From the NCBI GenBank assembly GCA_964489445.1, contig CAZAYU010000001.1, positions 375,968 to 439,967 of the forward strand: DNA of 64,000 nt, given 5' to 3'. Shown piece after piece: positions 61,229 to 64,000 of the stretch. How positions within the stretch are numbered: position 1 is the stretch's first letter; the number at the start of each line of letters is the position of its first letter. The stretch comes from an uncultured Planctomycetia bacterium (GTDB lineage Bacteria > Omnitrophota > Gorgyraeia > Duberdicusellales > 4484-171). Made by a program: the position numbers and the translations under genes. Below the pieces are notes generated by a model. It was not told where the DNA came from and made no database searches. It saw only the letters and a list, made by a program, of their open reading frames with translations.

Positions 61229-61603
61229 ATGCTGGAAAAACGTAAATACACTAGACTGAATCAAAACTTAAGTATAAGCTACCAGATACTAGACAACCCT
61301 AAAGAAAACTCTTCTTACTCCAAGGATATATCAGAATGCGGAATATGTTTTCCCTCTATTCAAAAAATCTCGCTTGATACTTTCTTGCAAATAAAAGTTA
61401 ATTTACAAGAAACCCCTGCGCCATTGATATTCACAGGAAAAGTAAAACGAATCATAGAAAGAAACAGTTCAAATTTTCCATTCGAGATTGGAATAAGATT
61501 CATTAAGGCAGATGTTTCTTCCCTCAAAACACTAAAATTACACATTCAGCAAGCTTCTACTAAGAAAAAGAACGAAAATATTAAGTGGATAAAAAACATT
61601 TAA
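61229..61603 (+). CDS. Stand-alone PilZ-domain protein
   Basis: EKRKYTR (RxxxR) and DISECG (DxSxxG) c-di-GMP-binding motifs. Confidence 0.88.
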   Translation: MLEKRKYTRLNQNLSISYQILDNPKENSSYSKDISECGICFPSIQKISLDTFLQIKVNLQETPAPLIFTGKVKRIIERNSSNFPFEIGIRFIKADVSSLKTLKLHIQQASTKKKNENIKWIKNI

Positions 61604-61629
61604 TATTTGTTTTTTGGGCATTTAAACGG

Positions 61630-64000
61630 TTAGAATGTCTTGCGGTAAAAAACTCTAAAAATATGCTGAGTATCCAGAACTGACAGCGTTCCTCCGTACG
61701 GATCAAACAATAGCTCACCAACCTCACCTTTAGTAAAAACGCCGTATTGAAATAATATTTCGTCTGATGAAGATGGCTGGTATTTAGCTTCAAAAAAGAA
61801 ATTGTGGTGGTCTTGACACAAGTCACCATCTGGATATAGAATCCGATTTATATCATTCCATTTTGAATAAACATATTTAAAATAAAAAGAAAGCTTATCC
61901 GAAGGAGAATACTCTACATCTATACCTGTATGGTTAATATTGTTATCAATCTGACCAGCGAATTTATAATCATTTTTTGTCCAATCCGCTCCTACGCGTA
62001 ACTTATCAGTTACCTGATAATTAATCCCCGCTTTAAAAATATTAAAAAAAGGATAGGACGGTTGCGGAAAATTTTCTTGCCCATACAAAAAATTAGTTTG
62101 CTCTCTAAAGGTCATGCCATAGTTGCTGTAAGTATCAAAACTTGTATCTCGTAATATCGCACGTGGAAAATTATCATAGGCTACTGTGGAATCATTAGTA
62201 TGTTCCCATATCCCATTAAAAGAAATGTCCTTGGTAAATTTATATTCTCCGCCTAAAGAAATTGTAGCCAAACTGGGATCCTTGCCCCCTTCAATTTCAT
62301 CATTTATATATGGCTCTCCGGTTTTTGCATCGAACACAAAAGGATCAATCCCTTCGGTAGTTTTCGGCTTATTATGATATATCCCTAAAAATTTAGCTGT
62401 AAATTTCGGCATTACCCGATAAGAATACTCTAATCTTGAGACATTTTCAAAATACTTGCCGTCCGCTAAATGCACATTTCGCGTATCAAACAACCAATCA
62501 AATTTTCCATCTAAAGAATTAACTCCCTCTATCCTAAAACCGACAACATCTCTTCCGTAATCTATACCGTCACCGATCCGGGCAGGTTCAATATCATACC
62601 AATTCAATGTTGGCTGATATAAGCCGGAATAGTAATATCTAAACGGTTGTCCAAAATGAATATGCCGCGACCAAAACATATCATCTCTGGTTTCCTTATA
62701 ATTAGACAATGCAGCTTCAAACCCTTCATCCATGTGAGTAATCTCTAATCTTAACCTGTAAAACGAATCAGGAGAATTGTGCTTGGGAACAATTCCAAAA
62801 TAATTTTTCCCAAAAATATCGTCTTGGGAAGAATTGACCAAACTAAATTTTATCGCGTTTCCTCTCTTCTCTGTTTGATAGGAAGTAGTCCTATCTTGCT
62901 CAGACCTGGAAGTTGCAACTTCTAAAGAAACTTTAGTATTGTCCGATATTCCATACTCTAAATCTAACCCAGAAGTATGACTAATAGCATCTAAAGAATC
63001 CTCGTCATATCCCAATTTAACGGTATCTGTTGTTCCTATTTGCAAATTATCATAAATCCGCTGTTTAATTCTTAAAGCTCCGGCATAAGAGTTAAAACTT
63101 TCATAATCCTGCCACAATGTTTTCGGAGAAGCAATCGTAACATCCAAATTTGTGTCATCAGAAAACCAGGAAAATGATGCACCGCGTAGATTAGTAAGCC
63201 GGACTCCTCTTGAATCACGAGCAAACCAGCTTAAAGAATCATCCCAATATCCTTTAAAAAAATCCTGCGCACCGCTTCCATCATTAAAATGACCCGGAGC
63301 CCAACTATCCAACCAAGGGCTTTCTTCCCAAAATATTTTATGATTAGAAATACCTAAAGTGTCATCGGAAGTAAGTGCCTGATCTTCTAAGGCAGCAGGA
63401 AAAATCCGCAACTTAGTATTCTCAGATTTTAGGTCTACCCACAGCTCTCTCAACGGCCAAAATTCGCGTTTAATTTTTAACTCCGGAAGTTCAAAGTAAG
63501 CTCCTGACCAAGGAGCAGTCCATGTACTCTCTAATGTTGTTGGTACTGTTTTTCCATTTTCAACTTTTATTTCCGGAAGAGACATACCCGCGCCATCAAC
63601 TAGAGTATAAATTGTTTGGTTAACCGTATATCCAGTATTGGCCCAATATAATAATTGCACTTCAGCGGAATCTGAAGTACCTACTCCCGTAAGCCTAATT
63701 TTATCGCTTTTCCCTACAAAACTCCAAGGGCTAAAATCAAATTTTGCGTGAAAGCTACAAGTATAATCATTGTCTTCGTCTGTTTCTCCGTCTAGCTCCA
63801 GTATTAACCTTGTGTAGATAGCCGGATCATAAGTATTCGCTCTATTATCATAAGCATTGGTCGAAAGCAATCGCCAATCAAGCTCATTTAAATCCCAATT
63901 CGCTCTCTTCCAGATAAAATCTCCTTCACTATCTATTCCAAAGCTAGTTTGAAATTCTCCGGAAAGTTTAATTTCTGAGCTTGTTTCTTTTTTATCTGCC
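61630..64000 (-). CDS. Large outer-membrane beta-barrel-like protein, 5' end beyond the window
   Basis: Frame stays open from 63870 to the window edge (ADKKETSSEIKLSGEFQ...); amphipathic aromatic strands; C-terminal VFYRKTF beta-signal. Confidence 0.7.
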   Translation of the reverse strand, partial: ADKKETSSEIKLSGEFQTSFGIDSEGDFIWKRANWDLNELDWRLLSTNAYDNRANTYDPAIYTRLILELDGETDEDNDYTCSFHAKFDFSPWSFVGKSDKIRLTGVGTSDSAEVQLLYWANTGYTVNQTIYTLVDGAGMSLPEIKVENGKTVPTTLESTWTAPWSGAYFELPELKIKREFWPLRELWVDLKSENTKLRIFPAALEDQALTSDDTLGISNHKIFWEESPWLDSWAPGHFNDGSGAQDFFKGYWDDSLSWFARDSRGVRLTNLRGASFSWFSDDTNLDVTIASPKTLWQDYESFNSYAGALRIKQRIYDNLQIGTTDTVKLGYDEDSLDAISHTSGLDLEYGISDNTKVSLEVATSRSEQDRTTSYQTEKRGNAIKFSLVNSSQDDIFGKNYFGIVPKHNSPDSFYRLRLEITHMDEGFEAALSNYKETRDDMFWSRHIHFGQPFRYYYSGLYQPTLNWYDIEPARIGDGIDYGRDVVGFRIEGVNSLDGKFDWLFDTRNVHLADGKYFENVSRLEYSYRVMPKFTAKFLGIYHNKPKTTEGIDPFVFDAKTGEPYINDEIEGGKDPSLATISLGGEYKFTKDISFNGIWEHTNDSTVAYDNFPRAILRDTSFDTYSNYGMTFREQTNFLYGQENFPQPSYPFFNIFKAGINYQVTDKLRVGADWTKNDYKFAGQIDNNINHTGIDVEYSPSDKLSFYFKYVYSKWNDINRILYPDGDLCQDHHNFFFEAKYQPSSSDEILFQYGVFTKGEVGELLFDPYGGTLSVLDTQHIFRVFYRKTF

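Overview
AT-rich bacterial chromosomal segment with almost all genes on the minus strand. It is mostly housekeeping: purine biosynthesis (purE-D-M-F-Q-L-B, guaA, a GuaB3-type IMPDH), one-carbon metabolism (glyA, folD, fchA), translation and tRNA genes (aspS, hisS, proS, trpS, infB, nusA, rimP, rplS, trmD, tgt, queF), replication/repair (dnaE, recO, ruvB, rnhB, scpA) and the uppS-cdsA-dxr-rseP-ispG block. Lipoproteins and a beta-barrel indicate a diderm; gene content and the secreted 'TYYPAPYG' family suggest Omnitrophota (inference, no marker search run). The main accessory signal is four paralogous secreted fibre/adhesin-like genes at three sites inside housekeeping operons. They share an N-terminal module conserved at the DNA level (40 nt identical between copies 22 kb apart), GNVGIGT repeats and, in three copies, a YHD...WxDFG neck. 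Each ends in a different tip, one shufflon-PilV-like and one resembling a Peptidase_G2 intramolecular chaperone, which suggests a modular tip-swapping adhesin system. Other points: a promoter-bearing ~155-nt structured antisense element (candidate ncRNA) between apbE and panB, a 40-bp perfect palindrome, an orphan TadA/CpaF ATPase inside the ispG-proS operon, and several enzyme variants (PurF without Cys1, monofunctional-type FolD with FchA, loop-less CC-adding-type nucleotidyltransferase, macro-Nudix and TsaC-phosphatase fusions). No rRNA, tRNA, CRISPR array, transposase or integrase was recognised.
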